A stretch of DNA of 50,492 nt, filler included, from Catajapyx aquilonaris (taxonomy: Eukaryota), in NCBI GenBank assembly GCA_000934665.2. It is 2 parts of 2 records of this genome, joined end to end, with 100 filler letters (N's around TTAATTAATTAA, not from the genome) between each part and the next. Parts side by side here need not be neighbours in the genome. Positions count along the whole stretch, not along the records: positions 1 to 25,211 come from JYFJ02005414.1; positions 25,312 to 50,492 come from JYFJ02005415.1. One strand, written 5' to 3'. Below the pieces are notes generated by a model. The model was not told the DNA's origin, ran no database searches, and worked only from the letters and a program-made list of their open reading frames with translations. Numbering within the stretch: the first letter of the stretch is position 1; each line of letters opens with the position of its first letter. The translations under genes and the position numbers were made by a program. Below are positions 23,847 through 36,419 of the stretch, piece by piece.

Positions 23847-23961
23847 CTGTGCAAGCCAGGGTTGGAAGCACAATAAAAAAATTTGAGAGAAAACCCACAT
23901 GATTTCACTGATTTGTTAGTAAAATGTTAATTACACTCATTAAAGAGACAAATTAGCTCAC

Positions 23962-24056
23962 CTTCATGAGTACAGATTCGCTCAGCTTCTCCCTGTTGAT
24001 AATCTTGATGGCAACCTTTTTCCCTGTGACACACTGGACACCAAGCTTGACCAGAC
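23962..24056 (-). CDS. BRSK2: BRSK/SAD kinase, most 5' visible coding exon (not the first exon)
   Basis: tag|(G)[31 protein letters not shown]|gtgagc; includes the VAIK lysine; starts in phase 1 inside the Gly-rich loop. Confidence 0.97.
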
Positions 24057-24856
24057 CTACAAAGAAGAAAACAGTGATTAGTCATGGTGTAAATAAAACC
24101 ATTCCACTGCACAGGGGAGGAAATCGCGAAATTCATGGTCAAAATTCCAATATGGCAACCTTGTAATATCCTGTTAAAGCATAGTTAGGGGCATTGAAAA
24201 TGACCAGGTCAACATGGGATGCACATGATCAAGCTCGGATTTCATCTTAACAGCGGTCAGGGTATAGTCAAAGTGGCCTTTGTTCTCACGGTGGTGCCGT
24301 GAGAACAAAGGCCCAGTAGGAGAGTGTTTATCTGTCTTTCCGCCCGTTTAAGATTGTGGGGCTTTTCCCCTATTGGAAATGGCTGGAAATGTAACTAATT
24401 TTTACTTCATTGTGTTTTAAAATGTGTAGTTTCATTGTTGAAGAATGGTTTTAGGAGAACGTAAATAATATGCCCATGATTGTGCATGTTAGAGAAGGAT
24501 GAAAAATACGCATAAGAACAAGTGTAGGTCACATTATATTTTGACCTACAAAGTGCTACATGCGCTTGCACGTGGCTTTTTCAAATTGAATAACATCCTC
24601 GTATATGTGACACTCTGTGCCTAAAGGCTTTTCATGCTCTTCTTTGCGCTCTACGAGAAACTAGCATTTCCTCCTCTGGAGCTGTATCCCTCCCCTTCCT
24701 CCCCAAAAAATCGGTGGTAGCATCAGGGCATATCCGGATAACACATAGAACCACTTTGATTTGTAACTTTTTACATCGAATTTGAAATCAGCGCCCTCTA
24801 AATCCCTCTAAATCCCTCTAAAGTCCCTGTAAACTAATTTTGATGCTAATACTATA

Positions 24857-25211
24857 CAGGGTGTAAATGAATTCAACCGACAAACTTGTAGGGGTGATAG
24901 AGGGGACCAAGACAAACATATTTGACATAGGAAACCGTGTCCGGAAACGCCATCTAGAGGGGGTTCATAAACGAGGAACGGGTGCGCTCAGACGCTTCAG
25001 GCTGGCGGCGTTAGCGAGCGGACCATTTAGTTGCTAGGTGGCGGGTGGATTGTTCACAACTTTGGGCATTTCGCCATAACCTGGCAACAACAGAGTTGTT
25101 GTTTATTATCTGCTCGCTACCTAGCATGCTGACTTTACTTGCTAGGTGGCTCTGTTGTTGCCAGGTTATGGTGAATTGCAAAGCTGTGTACAATCCACCC
25201 GCCACCTAGCA
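24857..25211. mobile_element. Foldback MITE family A, copy 4, truncated by the assembly spacer
   Basis: TA|CAGGGTGTAAATG... with the family arm and a copy-2-like centre; sequence stops at the Ns. Confidence 0.9.
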
Positions 25212-25311
25212 NNNNNNNNNNNNNNNNNNNNNNNNNNNNNNNNNNNNNNNNNNNNTTAATTAATTAANNNNNNNNNNNNNNNNNNNNNNNNNNNNNNNNN
25301 NNNNNNNNNNN
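25212..25311. other. Artificial assembly spacer
   Basis: 44 N + TTAATTAATTAA (25256-25267, stop codons in all six frames) + 44 N = exactly 100 bp. Confidence 0.95.
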
Positions 25312-25542
25312 TGATTTGCACACAAAACCAGTTCTATCCATTTTTAACAATGCCCTACTGCAACAATCACCATACATTGAAGTAAAACAATTGTGTCTAC
25401 ATAATGGCTACCCCTATAGCATACTGCCCATGACAACTTCACTGCCACTTTTGCCACCAGCATTGAGTAATCACTTATTGGCTCCTCCTGAAAAATTGCA
25501 AATTGTGGATTGAACTGGTTTTGCTGGCAAGCTCCTCATATA

Positions 25543-27003
25543 TCTATGTCTATAAATGAGTTTGTTTGTGAGTTTGTTTGTCCCTTATAGAAATCCAGGG
25601 GAATGCCCCTACACCGCCTTAAATTATCATATCGGGGGTTACATTTTTCAAGGAATCTAACGCCGCATGTTTCAGCTTCCGAAAATGAACCTAACTCCCA
25701 CAACACGCATATTCCCGAATCTTCTCCCTACTCTGGCCTCAACAATCAACTTACATCAACAAAATAATAACAATATATCAATTAGCATTCCCATGGAAAT
25801 TCCCTTATGCAACAATTAGCAAATTACACAATCGCTGTAAATTCAACGCATCCACCAATTACGCTAATATTGGCCACCTCAATAAGTGAGTTCGTATCGT
25901 ATGGTCATTCCGGGATTTTGTGGGATTTGAAAGTAGACTTTCAGACAAAAATAAATACAATAAAATAATACAGTAAATAAAACTTCTATAAGTCGAAGAA
26001 AATGACGAGCTTGGTTGGTCACAATGTGTAGGAAATAAACTTCCCTAACTCGCATTTATATAACTCGAATTTCTCCATAACTCGAAGTGCATGCAGGGCC
26101 TTACGATGGGATATCAATGCATTTTCAGTCTCACTAATAGCAAGAGCTGCTAATAGTAAGTCCAAAGTTCATGTTGGCGAGTACGGAAAATTGTCTCATT
26201 TCCCAGCCGAAGGGTCGAGAGTAGGCCACGTGTATACCTACAGGAAGGCTCAATTTTCTGATCTCCGTCTACCAGACATACCGAAAGAAGTGTTTGACTT
26301 GATTGTGACAACCGAATCCTTGAGTCTAAGAGTAGACAAATGTCCATAACGGAGTTCTTTTTACACCAAAACAACGAGGAACATTGTAAGCGTGATAGTG
26401 ACAATTATTTTTAAGTTTCGAAAACCTTTCGTCTCTGGATATGAAGGCTTCCTTAGAGTTCTGCGATTTAAAATATCAAAACTTCTCTAACTCGACTTAT
26501 AGTAGAAAATTTAATGTATTTACAAATATTAATCCGTGTTGAAAACAAAATTCCCCACCATGCATTTGTAGGTACAGTTCTAAAGTTCTTCAAAGCAAAT
26601 ATAAATGGAACAAGGTGGGGGTGTGAAGTGGGGTTGGGGGGTGATGAAGGGGTCAAAAATTCCGGGGGAAAAACACATGGCTGTGCAGTCTTTCCCTGGG
26701 CCAACTCCATCGTAATCCTCTTTTTGCACATCCAATCAGAATATCTGTGTCGACTATACGCAATAAGACAAGCAGGTAATCTATCACAGAATAGCTCGCA
26801 GAATAGTGACAAACTTTGGCTTATTGTAACTTATAAGGCCTATTTTAAGACATAGATCGACAGCATATCGAGTTTCGAGTGTATGGAAGGGAAATTTTTT
26901 ACAAACAAACACACTTCCTAAAATACTGAATATGCACCCCTACCCAAACCCCTACCTTTACCAGCACCCCAACATACCCGGGCAACGCCGGGTAACCTGC
27001 TAG
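25543..27003 (+). mobile_element. Non-autonomous Helitron with a nested MITE
   Basis: 5' A|TCTATGTCTATAAATGAGTTTGTTTGT...; 3' hairpin ACCCGGGCAACGCCGGGT (26976-26993) followed by CTAG|T (27000-27004); no TSD. Confidence 0.85.
25971..26516. mobile_element. pogo/Tigger-like MITE family C, copy 2 (nested in the Helitron)
   Basis: TA|CAGTAAA...; colinear with 16154-16746 (GCAGGGCCTTACGATGGGATATCAATGC, CCCAGCCGAAGGGTCGAGAGTAGGCCAC); degenerate right end. Confidence 0.88.
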
Positions 27004-27222
27004 TTAATTAATATATTCGTTCCTGATTTGCTCTAAATTGTATTATTTGTATTATCAAGAGCTGGTATTATCAAAAGATTATAAGAAATTGCACAAGGAA
27101 TGTCGCATAGGATAACGTCGACAAGAGCCTGGACAAGACGAGAAAAGTTGAAGGCTGTCCGCTTACAGCCCTAGACTGTCGCCGGTAGTGCTGCTGTCAT
27201 AGTAGACAGTTTTTCAGCCGAG

Positions 27223-27294
27223 TCCTCGGTAGTATAGTGGTTAGTATCCCCGCCTGTCACGCGGGAGACCGGGGTTCGATTCCCCGCCGGGGAG
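27223..27294 (+). tRNA. tRNA-Asp (GTC)
   Basis: TCCTCGGTAGTATAGTGGTTAGTATCCCCGCCTGTCACGCGGGAGACCGGGGTTCGATTCCCCGCCGGGGAG; canonical cloverleaf; T6 Pol III terminator at 27301-27306. Confidence 0.98.
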
Positions 27295-28296
27295 AGGGAC
27301 TTTTTTGATTTTTTGTTGTGAAGTCTAATATACCCTTCAATGCTTCGTGACATCTTCATGATGTTGACAACACGTATTATGGCCAGTTGAGTTTTATAGG
27401 CCTACGCACATGCAATAAGTTATCATTATACTACTGCGCTGATGAGGGAGAACTCGTCATTCGGCCAGATAACTTATAATGAGACCAAAATGATTCTAGA
27501 AAATTTCTGACGGAAACTTCCTCGATATAACGTCACTTTTCCTGATGTAAAAAAGGGGTAAATATTACAATCACATTTAGAGTGCGTGGTGTTTTCTACG
27601 TACAACATAAAACACATATTATACGCATGTGATGCAGTGTATTACACTCTGTCAGTACAGTACAGTATGGAGCGTGGTATGCCAACCATCTACTGGCCAT
27701 CAATAGAATTAACACTATAACGAGTACCTGATATCTCCGCAAGAGTATCAGAGTGAAGCAATAGCGCGACATGATTCAAATCTTGTGCGTGTGATTAGTT
27801 CAACAAGTGATAATGCATTTATCTCGTAGTTCTGCCGAGAAATTACTCAATATCCTGTACAGTCCATCACATGATAAATCTTCAAACCAAATTACTCACC
27901 ACATATTTAATTAATTACATTCAAGCTTCAATTAGTACCCCAATGAACAATAATATTTTCAACAGCAAATACATTACGATGTATACCTTGCCATGTACTC
28001 AAAGTAGGTCAGCCAGGTCAAAATATTTCAGAAAAGTATTATATAATAGTTATTAGTAATAATTTGGGTAGTGCGGACCTCCTGGGAGATATTGCACCGA
28101 ACTCTCTTGTTGTATTCACACTAGTCAAGGCTATTTTTCAGCGAAGAGGCCGGGTTGTACTGAATTAGTGGGTGACGTATATGAGGTGCAGACCACACAG
28201 TATTATCTGAAATGCACCGAAACATCAACGTAACCTTTGCACCGCTCTATCCGCCTACTCTCGGGTTCTCCTACTGACAGAAGACCATCAGCGAAG

Positions 28297-28368
28297 TCCT
28301 CGGTAGTATAGTGGTTAGTATCCCCGCCTGTCACGCGGGAGACCGGGGTTCGATTCCCCGCCGGGGAG
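28297..28368 (+). tRNA. tRNA-Asp (GTC), identical second copy
   Basis: Same 72 nt as 27223-27294; T5 terminator at 28376-28380. Confidence 0.98.
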
Positions 28369-28913
28369 GAGCTTCTTTTTCCTTTGAATGGCCCAAGAGT
28401 GGTTCTTATTATCCCCGAGAGATGCCGGGTGCAATACCATTGATCTGGAAAAACTTTTAGCATCGGCCGCCAGATGCCCTCCCCGTTTCCGACACCTCAT
28501 TTGCCTGAGTTGCCTCACATTCACTTTTTTTATTCTTTTTTTCCCGTAACAATTTCGTGTTTAGTTGTCCCTGTCTTGATGTCGCCTGCCCTTGTATCAG
28601 ACGATTTCTCCTCACGACGCGTGTAGACAGCCGACGAGGACTCTCAGGGGAAGGAGGAAGAGAAGGCGGGATGGACCGAGGGTGATACCAAGACGGAAAT
28701 ACAGGTTCGGACCATTAATCACCGCCCTGCAGCTCCTATCCACCCACCGTGGTCATAGCGGAATGTTGTGCACTTGACTGGCGCCCTTCTTGTTTTGCGT
28801 CCCGTTAGGTACGCAGAGAGAGAGAGAGGGGTCAAGGGTCAGGTGTGGCCAAGAGGCGACGACATGACATAGAGAGACCAGCCAGCCAGGGAAGGTGTGT
28901 GACTGAGGGTGCC

Positions 28914-29065
28914 ATGGCCATGAGTGGCACATCTGTGGTGGACGATGGGAACTCTGTTGGGGAGACTGGCTCCGAGACCAGTAGTGTTGTGCACAATGGT
29001 TCAGTCGTGTCTACTGTACCAGACAGGCATGGATTCCTCGGGGGAGCACAGTACACACAGGAAGG
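28914..29065 (+). CDS. TBC1D10A: TBC1D10-family RabGAP, first visible coding exon
   Basis: gccATGg start; ...STVPDRHGFLGGAQYTQE GG|gtgagt (family D.yGF motif); phase 2 joins 34437. The frame is open back to an acceptor at 28807-28808, so the start may lie further upstream. Confidence 0.82.
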
Positions 29066-32000
29066 GTGAGTTGCAAAGGATTAAAGCTCCGGGTTCTTGG
29101 ATGGTGATGTGAGCATCAACTGTAACAGTATATAGTGGGAATGCTTGCTATTTTGCAACCATTTCCAAAGGCAGCTGCGGGCAGCTGTCAGCTTCTGGCT
29201 GGCTTCGCAAGTTGCTGTTTAGTTGCAGTTTTCCAGCATACTTGCCTTAGATTACATGTTTCTGGAATTCCTACATTATTTTGGCTTCTTACATATAACC
29301 TATGAAATTGCAGCAGTTGAATCATGTGTAGAATGTTATCTGATTTGTGTTTCTGGAAACAGCCGCAATGCTGCCAAATTTATTGACTTCCTCAGTTCTG
29401 TATTTTAATCTGATTGAAAGTGTTGACACTATCAAATGCGAAAAATCATGGCATAGAACTATTGACCATTACCTGTAACTGGTGCCTTGTGCAATCCAGA
29501 GCTTATTTGAATCGATTTTAAAACCATGGATCTGATGCTAAGATTATAAAATTTTGCGTGTCAGTCAATGACATGGCTTGTTACAAAACATGGTGACAGG
29601 CAGAAGCAATATTGATATTATTCACGCATATTTAATGTCACTTTTAATGCTTATGACAGGGAAACTTCATGCTAACTTGTGAAAATGAGACTGCATGTAT
29701 GCTGTAGATTTCTGTTATGGGAAATCATTTTGTTTCTATTAATTCCAATGCAGATATGGTTCAGTAAGGGCTTTAAATTTTTTTTGATGCAGAGTGTTTA
29801 GCCTTTAGTTCCTCCTTCAACATTGATGTCACCCTTTGACGTCACTCTTGTGCCTCATGCAATCATGATGTTTTACAGAGTCAATAGGCTTTTGTTGAGC
29901 TATCAGTGGGAGGCGAAAAAAATTAATGGCTCTTGTTTAGTGCAGCACTTATTAGAACAAATGACTCTGCTAGTGTAAAATATCAGTGACGAGGACATAA
30001 TATGTGGGGAAATTCTGGTCATGTGTGAAATGAGGGAAAAGTCCTGTATAAATATCAATGGTGATTCATTGTGTTGTACTGTTGCCTGTCATTTTGGCAC
30101 ATTGACAAAAGGAGGACAGTAATCCCTTTGCATACAAAGTTTAGGGTTGGACAGGACAAGGTTGGTGTTTCCTGTACCCCACCCCCGCTCCATTATCCCC
30201 CATTACCATCCCCCTCCCTGCTCTTCTGGACCTCATTTTACACCCACCATTCTTCCTCATCTGATACCAGCCAGACTGAGCTTAATTTAAAACACTGAGG
30301 AGGGATTTTTCTGGCAGCACTACCATTTCCCCGATGGCCTACTTCTCAGAAATAAAAGGCTAAAAGTCTTGGGGGAAATTTATTGCAGTCGTAGCAAAAA
30401 CTGGGTGCTTCAGTTCTCAATGCTGCCTGTTGCCTATTTTGCAAACAAAACATTTATATCCGGCTGTGACTTCACTATTCAAAACAGCTCCACTCTTAAA
30501 TGGTCTGGAATAAATCACTGTTTCTCTGCTGCCACATCTTTCCAGTCCCTCAATTCGTAAAATTAGAGTCATTCACCCTAGCACATGACTGAAATACACC
30601 AATATACACATTGACTTTGAGTTTCACTCTGTGCAGTTGCATCACAGTGACCTTGATGGCAAGTAATTTATTCCATGCTACTGTGGGAATTTTAATTACC
30701 TTGCCAATCTATTCCCAGACATTTTTGCACTGATTGTACTTTGAAATTTGAAGGCGTTGATTTTTAGATCCATTACATGCATTTATCTTATCAAACTTCA
30801 CAGAAAAATGATAATGGTTGAGGTAATACTTCTTAATGATTTAAAAATAAAGATTGTGCTTATACTGTATAAATGTAGTTTGCTAATTCTTATTAGTGCT
30901 AGTGAAGGGTAACTATGATCCGATTGGGAAATAAGCAAATGTTACATCCATCCACACACACACACATTCTATTTTTTGCCCTTTCTTCCTCATCCTCCCA
31001 CGTGAACTCTATTTAAGCCTATCTTCCCAGCCTTGCCCACTTGGACAGATCCTCATGCAAACACCAAGCTTTGACTGCATGCCAGGTATTTTATACTTTT
31101 TTTTCTCAGGTTGGTCCTTCTTAATTTATATATTTTTTGTGAAATCCATGTTAGCTGGCTGTGGGTTTACACAACATCTGAATGGATAGGAAAAAATGAG
31201 TTTCATTTTTCATCTTATATTATTATTATTAGACGCAATATCCTTTTTCAAAAATTGCGCCAGTCTAAGGAAAAAATCCATTTAGGAAGGGTTTCTTGCA
31301 ACTTGGCATTGCACTGCATAAGTTTTTATTGCTGCTTTATGATCATAGCAGTGCAGCAGTTCACTCTGCATCAAGCCAGTACATGTTCAGGTACAAGGTG
31401 CAAGGTGCGAAGGAAATGGGCTCACATTTCAACCCAGGCAAAGACTAGATTCTGGATATGTAATTACCATTCTCTGCTTTACAAGCATTGGACTGATTCC
31501 ACATGTTAAATGTGTGCAATGTTTAATGCCACGTTAGTGTCCAATATGAAGGAAGTACCTATTGTACGGCGTTAATGGGTTCCAGCCAAACGTGGGGTAA
31601 AGTGAATCGGCGTAAAACAAGACAAAATTATAATGTAAGTACATGAGATAGGTTTGCTGTTTTAAATGCAGAATATTTGAAACATTGATTGGGCAGTTCC
31701 AGTTTGAGGGTCATTGAGTTCTGAGGGCTCCTTTCCTTATTTTGGCCAGAATTGCAGTACATTGCATTGTAACAACGGTTAGAGTACTTCGGGGATTTCC
31801 GAGACCAACAATACAGTACTGTATAATATTGATAGAACCTGCCGCAATGCACCATGGAAAACCAAAAAAGAGCCTCTACGGTTGTGTTTGGATTGAGAAG
31901 TGTTGCAGTGATGCGCTTTTGTTTAGATTATGTGCTTATCTTCAAAATTTTCAAAATATTTTAATAAAAATAATATCAAATGTAATATGAAAACTAGCGT

Positions 32001-32189
32001 TAATGTGAAATGGCGTAAAATGGAGCAGCGTATGGAGCACCTGTATGTGGTGGTCCAACTGGGAAGGAAAACTGTTTGATTACAGATCTGATTTCCATTA
32101 ACTGTAAATTATTGCATTACTTGAAGCATTTCATAATAGTGTAACAGCTTGCACACTTCCTTTTGTGGGCCGAAGAAATATATTGCTGA

Positions 32190-32615
32190 CTGCTATTTCT
32201 TTTGATCCTGGATTTCATGTGTTTAAAAATTACTTCCAGATACTGGTGTGGGGGACACATTTCTGAAGTACATGGATGCTTGGCCATGTAAAGGAGTCAT
32301 TGCTGAGGTCCATGGACATGTATAGTAGCCTAAATTTTAGTATGAAAAATCCAGGCAGAGATGTCCTTAATAATAAGACTGTGGGACATATGGCGTCCTT
32401 GAATTCTACACTTGCTCCAACTTTCTTTTCTAAAGGTCTCCCGTGCTTGGATTTTTTTACTTGAAATGTTTACTACTAAAAACTTCCCTGGGTGTGAGTA
32501 ATTACCCAATTAGATGACCAAGCATACATTTACTTGAAAATGTCTCCCCTATTCCAGTGCAGTGTCTTGATGTAATTATTTTGGCACAGGGCTATGGGAT
32601 CAAAAGAAATAGCTG
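32190..32615. repeat. Degenerate inverted-repeat element (probable old MITE)
   Basis: GCTATTTCTTTTGATCC at 32192 versus GGATCAAAAGAAATAGC ending 32613, with further imperfect arm similarity; termini unclear. Confidence 0.55.
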
Positions 32616-34182
32616 CCTGACTTTTTTCTTCTTCTTCGAGGAGGGTATTTTGAACTGACACGAGAAACCCAATAATTTGTGGTTGCTAAAGTGTAGTTGA
32701 GCAGAATCTTTGTCAGCAGCATTTCTTCGTAGCTGGACTACCCTGTATTGCAATAGTCAAAGTGAGGGACTTTTGTAGGACAAGGGAAATGAATTTGAAT
32801 TCTTGGCAGAAAGCCATTGTTCCTTGGGTTTCTCTCTTTGATTGTAGTCAATGTGATCCCAGGGGCTGGGGAAATATGTTATAAAAAAAACTGGAAGAAA
32901 GTAGGACAGGTGAGTGAGGTTCATTTCCTTGTGCTTTGTAAAGGCCATCTACGGTTCTTGCCTGAAATATCATAGCACACATCCTTCCTGAATACTTAAT
33001 TCTCACTTGCCTTGGTGCACGTCCACTTAGTAATGACCTGTGAAGGTCAAGAGCAGGCCTGGTTTTTTTGGATACTTTCTATTTCATTGGAGAGTAATGT
33101 TTTATTTGCTTGAAATTGATGCAATAAACAGGCCTGTGCAGTCACATCGGGGCCTGTTTTGTATCGGCTCCAATTGCAGTTGATTGACGAGGATTTAGGG
33201 GGGATGGAGGCCAGATGGTTTTCTACATTAGTATGATGCGTCACATAGACTCTAAGGTTACAGGTTTTAGAGTAGCATTGTCTTCTGAACACTTGGAATT
33301 GCATAGGATGGGGTTGAGGGACGCAAGCGGAGCTGATGCCATCCATTGGAGCATTAAGTAGGGAACTAATGAGGATGTGGAGGAGGTGGATGGGATGGGG
33401 CGCTTGTATGCTATGTGGGGTAGGTGAGGATGAATCATGCATCTATCATGTAGCAATGGCCCAGTGTATATGCTGCATGCGAGAAAGATGTGAATTAAAG
33501 ATTTTTTTTAAACATGCATATTGCCAAGTGGATTTTTTTATATTTATGATACAGCTTAGATAAAATGTGTTATACAATATGTTCCAATGGGAGTGTGCAG
33601 AGTTATTAGTGGTATTTTGCATTAGTGCTCATATTTAACCTGTTACTTTGGATGTTTGGAACACCTACTTTCAGAGGATATTAAACATTAGTTGCTAATC
33701 TTTGATAGATGCATTCATTGTGGCCTTGGCAGGTGGGTGTAGGCAGCAAGAAGTGGTTCAAACATTGACCGCAGCTTCAAGTTTCTGAGTCCTCTCGTTA
33801 GTGCTCATCTCATATGGGGATATAATTTAAGTTATTGATTTTCATTATTCTGTTGGGTTTTCTGAGGTTTCCGACCACTCTCAATGTCAGCCAACAGTGA
33901 GATGAATAAAACTGAACATTAAATAGAAAAAAGAATTCTTTGGGAGACCAAAGATATGGCAGTGGTATCAACAATATAATGATGATGATTATAATACTTA
34001 AAAATTACAACGCCCCAGCTTAAAGTTATGCAGAAAATGTTGATTACATATGCCTTAGAATTACAGAGCTAATATGCTCATTTGTCTCATAAAGAGTGCC
34101 AAATGTGGATATAATTCAATTTGCATACATCCCCTATATCTTATTTTGTATTAGAAATGTCAGAGTATCAGTCCTATGTCAA

Positions 34183-34384
34183 GCCACGTTTACATGTGAG
34201 CGATTTGACGAGCTAAGTCTTTGCCGAGCAATAATATCACTGAGCAACTAGAGTAACCGATATTGTTTGAGGTGAAAGTAACAATTGATTTTTGCCTCTC
34301 ACAATACTGGTTACTTGGGTTACTCAGCGATGTTATCACTTGCTGAAGACTTCGCTCATCAAATAGCTCACATGTAAATGCGGC
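34183..34384. mobile_element. Palindromic MITE, Harbinger-like
   Basis: GCCACGTTTACATGTGAGCGATTTGACGAGC ... GCTCATCAAATAGCTCACATGTAAATGCGGC; TSD not clear. Confidence 0.75.
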
Positions 34385-34436
34385 ATAATGTGCACGTATA
34401 AATAACTTGTATTATATAATATATCTGCTTTTGCAG

Positions 34437-35122
34437 TGAACTTCAGATTCCAGTGGAGGTCCTTCGTCGGCGTGAACTAAAATGGCTGGAGATGCTGGGC
34501 AGTTGGGAGCGCTTCATGGCAAAGAAGTACAAAAAAGTTCGGGAGCGATGTCGGAAGGGCATTCCCCCTTCAATGAGGGCTCGAGCATGGCAGTACCTGT
34601 GTGGAGGTCACCATTTGATGACTCACAACAGGCACTTTTTCCATGAGCTTCTGACCCAGCCAGGTGACCCCCATTGCATTGAAGACATCAAGAAAGACCT
34701 TCATCGGCAGTTTCCCTTACATGAGATGTTTGTGGATAAGGATGGTCATGGGCAGGAGGACCTTTTTCGTGTTCTGAAGGCTTACTCAATACTGAACCCA
34801 GAGGATGGCTACTGCCAGGCACATGCACCAATAGCAGCTCTTCTCTTAATGCACATGCCAGCTGAGCAGGCTTTTTGGTGTCTGGTCTCAGTATGTGACC
34901 GGTACCTCTCTGGGTATTACAGCAAAAGTATGGAGGCTGTGCAAGTGGATGGGGACATCCTCTTTGGGCTGTGTAAGAAAGTATGCCCAGCTGCATATAA
35001 GCATCTCAAAAAACAAAAGATGGAGCCCATTTTGTATATGACGGAGTGGTTCTTGTGTGTCTTCACTCGGACATTGCCCTGGGAATCTGTTCTCAGAGTG
35101 TGGGACATGTTCTTGTGTGAAG
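34437..35122 (+). CDS. TBC1D10A: TBC1D10-family RabGAP, TBC domain exon
   Basis: ttttgcag|[20 protein letters not shown]...[15 protein letters not shown]...DLHRQFP (R finger)...[10 protein letters not shown] (Q finger)...[11 protein letters not shown]|gtgagt. Confidence 0.97.
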
Positions 35123-35354
35123 GTGAGTGTCTTGATAACATGGGGCTTTCCAGAAAAAGGCATGCAACTTACAAATTAAATAAAGATTGAATTGGTTATA
35201 TTCTTCCAAAACCATACATAAAGTATATGAGGGTTGCACATGTCAAGTTTTTATCTGAAGGTAGTGTGCTTGGGTGTCACTTGTCACATGGAAGATATCC
35301 CATCTGAATTACACATTTAGTCAAACATGCTGGGGCATGTCTGCAGTCTTTATA

Positions 35355-35700
35355 CGTAGGTTGATTCATAAGTCATTGCATGTATTTTTTTATTCAAAAA
35401 CCGTAACACATACAGAGATGATCTTTTACCGAGTTTTGAAGTTCCGGAGATTACAATTTGATCTGGCATGTAGATATCGGCCATATCGCGTCAGGCTTGG
35501 GCCTTTTTAGGGAGATGATGTGGTGGGGGGGTGTCATGATCCCCTTTTGTATCCCTGCTTCCCTCACAATATGGGCGACATCTATATGCTAGATCAAATT
35601 GTAATCGCCAGCGCTTCAAAACTCAGAAAAGGTCATCTCTGTATGTGTTACCGTTTTTGAATTTAAAAAACATGCACAATGACTTATGAATCAACCCACG
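35355..35700. mobile_element. TA-flanked mariner-like foldback MITE
   Basis: TA|CGTAGGTTGATTCATAAGTCATTG ... CAATGACTTATGAATCAACCCACG|TA; arms about 125 bp. Confidence 0.88.
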
Positions 35701-35719
35701 TATATTTATGATCCATCTA

Positions 35720-35916
35720 GACCTACTGGAAAATATTTTATTTTCCAACTGTGGCAAGAACGAAGATCTGTCATAATCTTTCAACAAGATGGGGCCCCAC
35801 TTCTTTATTGCCATGGTGTCAGATCTTTTTTGATCTATGGGGTCCACGTTTGGCATAGACTTGGAGGAACCATTATTTGTCCATGTCATTTTCATGAATT
35901 ATTTTGTCCGGTGTGA
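35720..35916 (+). pseudogene. Degraded Tc1/mariner-superfamily transposase fragment
   Basis: Translates IIFQQDGAPLLYCHGVRSFL...WHRLGGTIICP, resembling the FQQDGAPxH...VR..L...WIGRGG...WPxRSPDL region around the second catalytic Asp. Confidence 0.6.
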
Positions 35917-36264
35917 TGTCATTCATATGACAAATTACAACCAACATACAACACATCTGGATGTTTCTTGCATGTGAAGTAGTTTTAGATGAAGGTAATT
36001 TTCTGCTCAAGGTGTATCATCTTCAAACCATATACCCCGGGGTCATGTGCAGTTTTACATCCTGCTCGGTGACGTGTGAGACCTCGGTAGCATTACACAA
36101 AACAGGGGTTGACCTTAAATTACCCCATCGCAATTTCATATTTTTTTGACCCTCCCATATCCACATGTCACGCAGAGAGAACTCATGAAATGTAACTGTT
36201 TATGCCTCTTCAAATTGTGTGTTGTAATCATAATATTGATTAATTAATTAATTAATTATTCTAG

Positions 36265-36419
36265 GTGTGAAAGTCATGTTCCGAGTGGGACTAACGCTGA
36301 TCAAGTGCACGCTGGGTCGAAATGAGGTGCTGAAGAAGTGTCCATCCATGTATGAGACTCTAGAAGTCTTACGTAACATACCTCAGGAGATCGTGCAGCC
36401 TGACTACCTTGTTTATCAG
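36265..36419 (+). CDS. TBC1D10A: TBC1D10-family RabGAP, coding exon 3
   Basis: tag|(G)VKVMFRVGLTLIKCTLG...CPSMYETLEVLRNIP...LVYQ|gtgaga; phase 1 to 0. Confidence 0.95.

Noticed and set aside
25256..25267. Palindromic TTAATTAATTAA island within Ns
   Set aside because: Symmetric 44-N padding and six-frame stops indicate a synthetic contig-joining linker, not biology.
27171..28524. Minus-strand ORFs sharing SPAGNRTPVSRVTGGDTNHYTTED
   Set aside because: Antisense translation of the two tRNA-Asp genes.
31555..32046. Possible pogo-like relic with repeated GGCGTAAAA / CGTTAATG motifs ending CACCTGTA
   Set aside because: A matching left TIR and TSD could not be identified, so it is not called as a feature.
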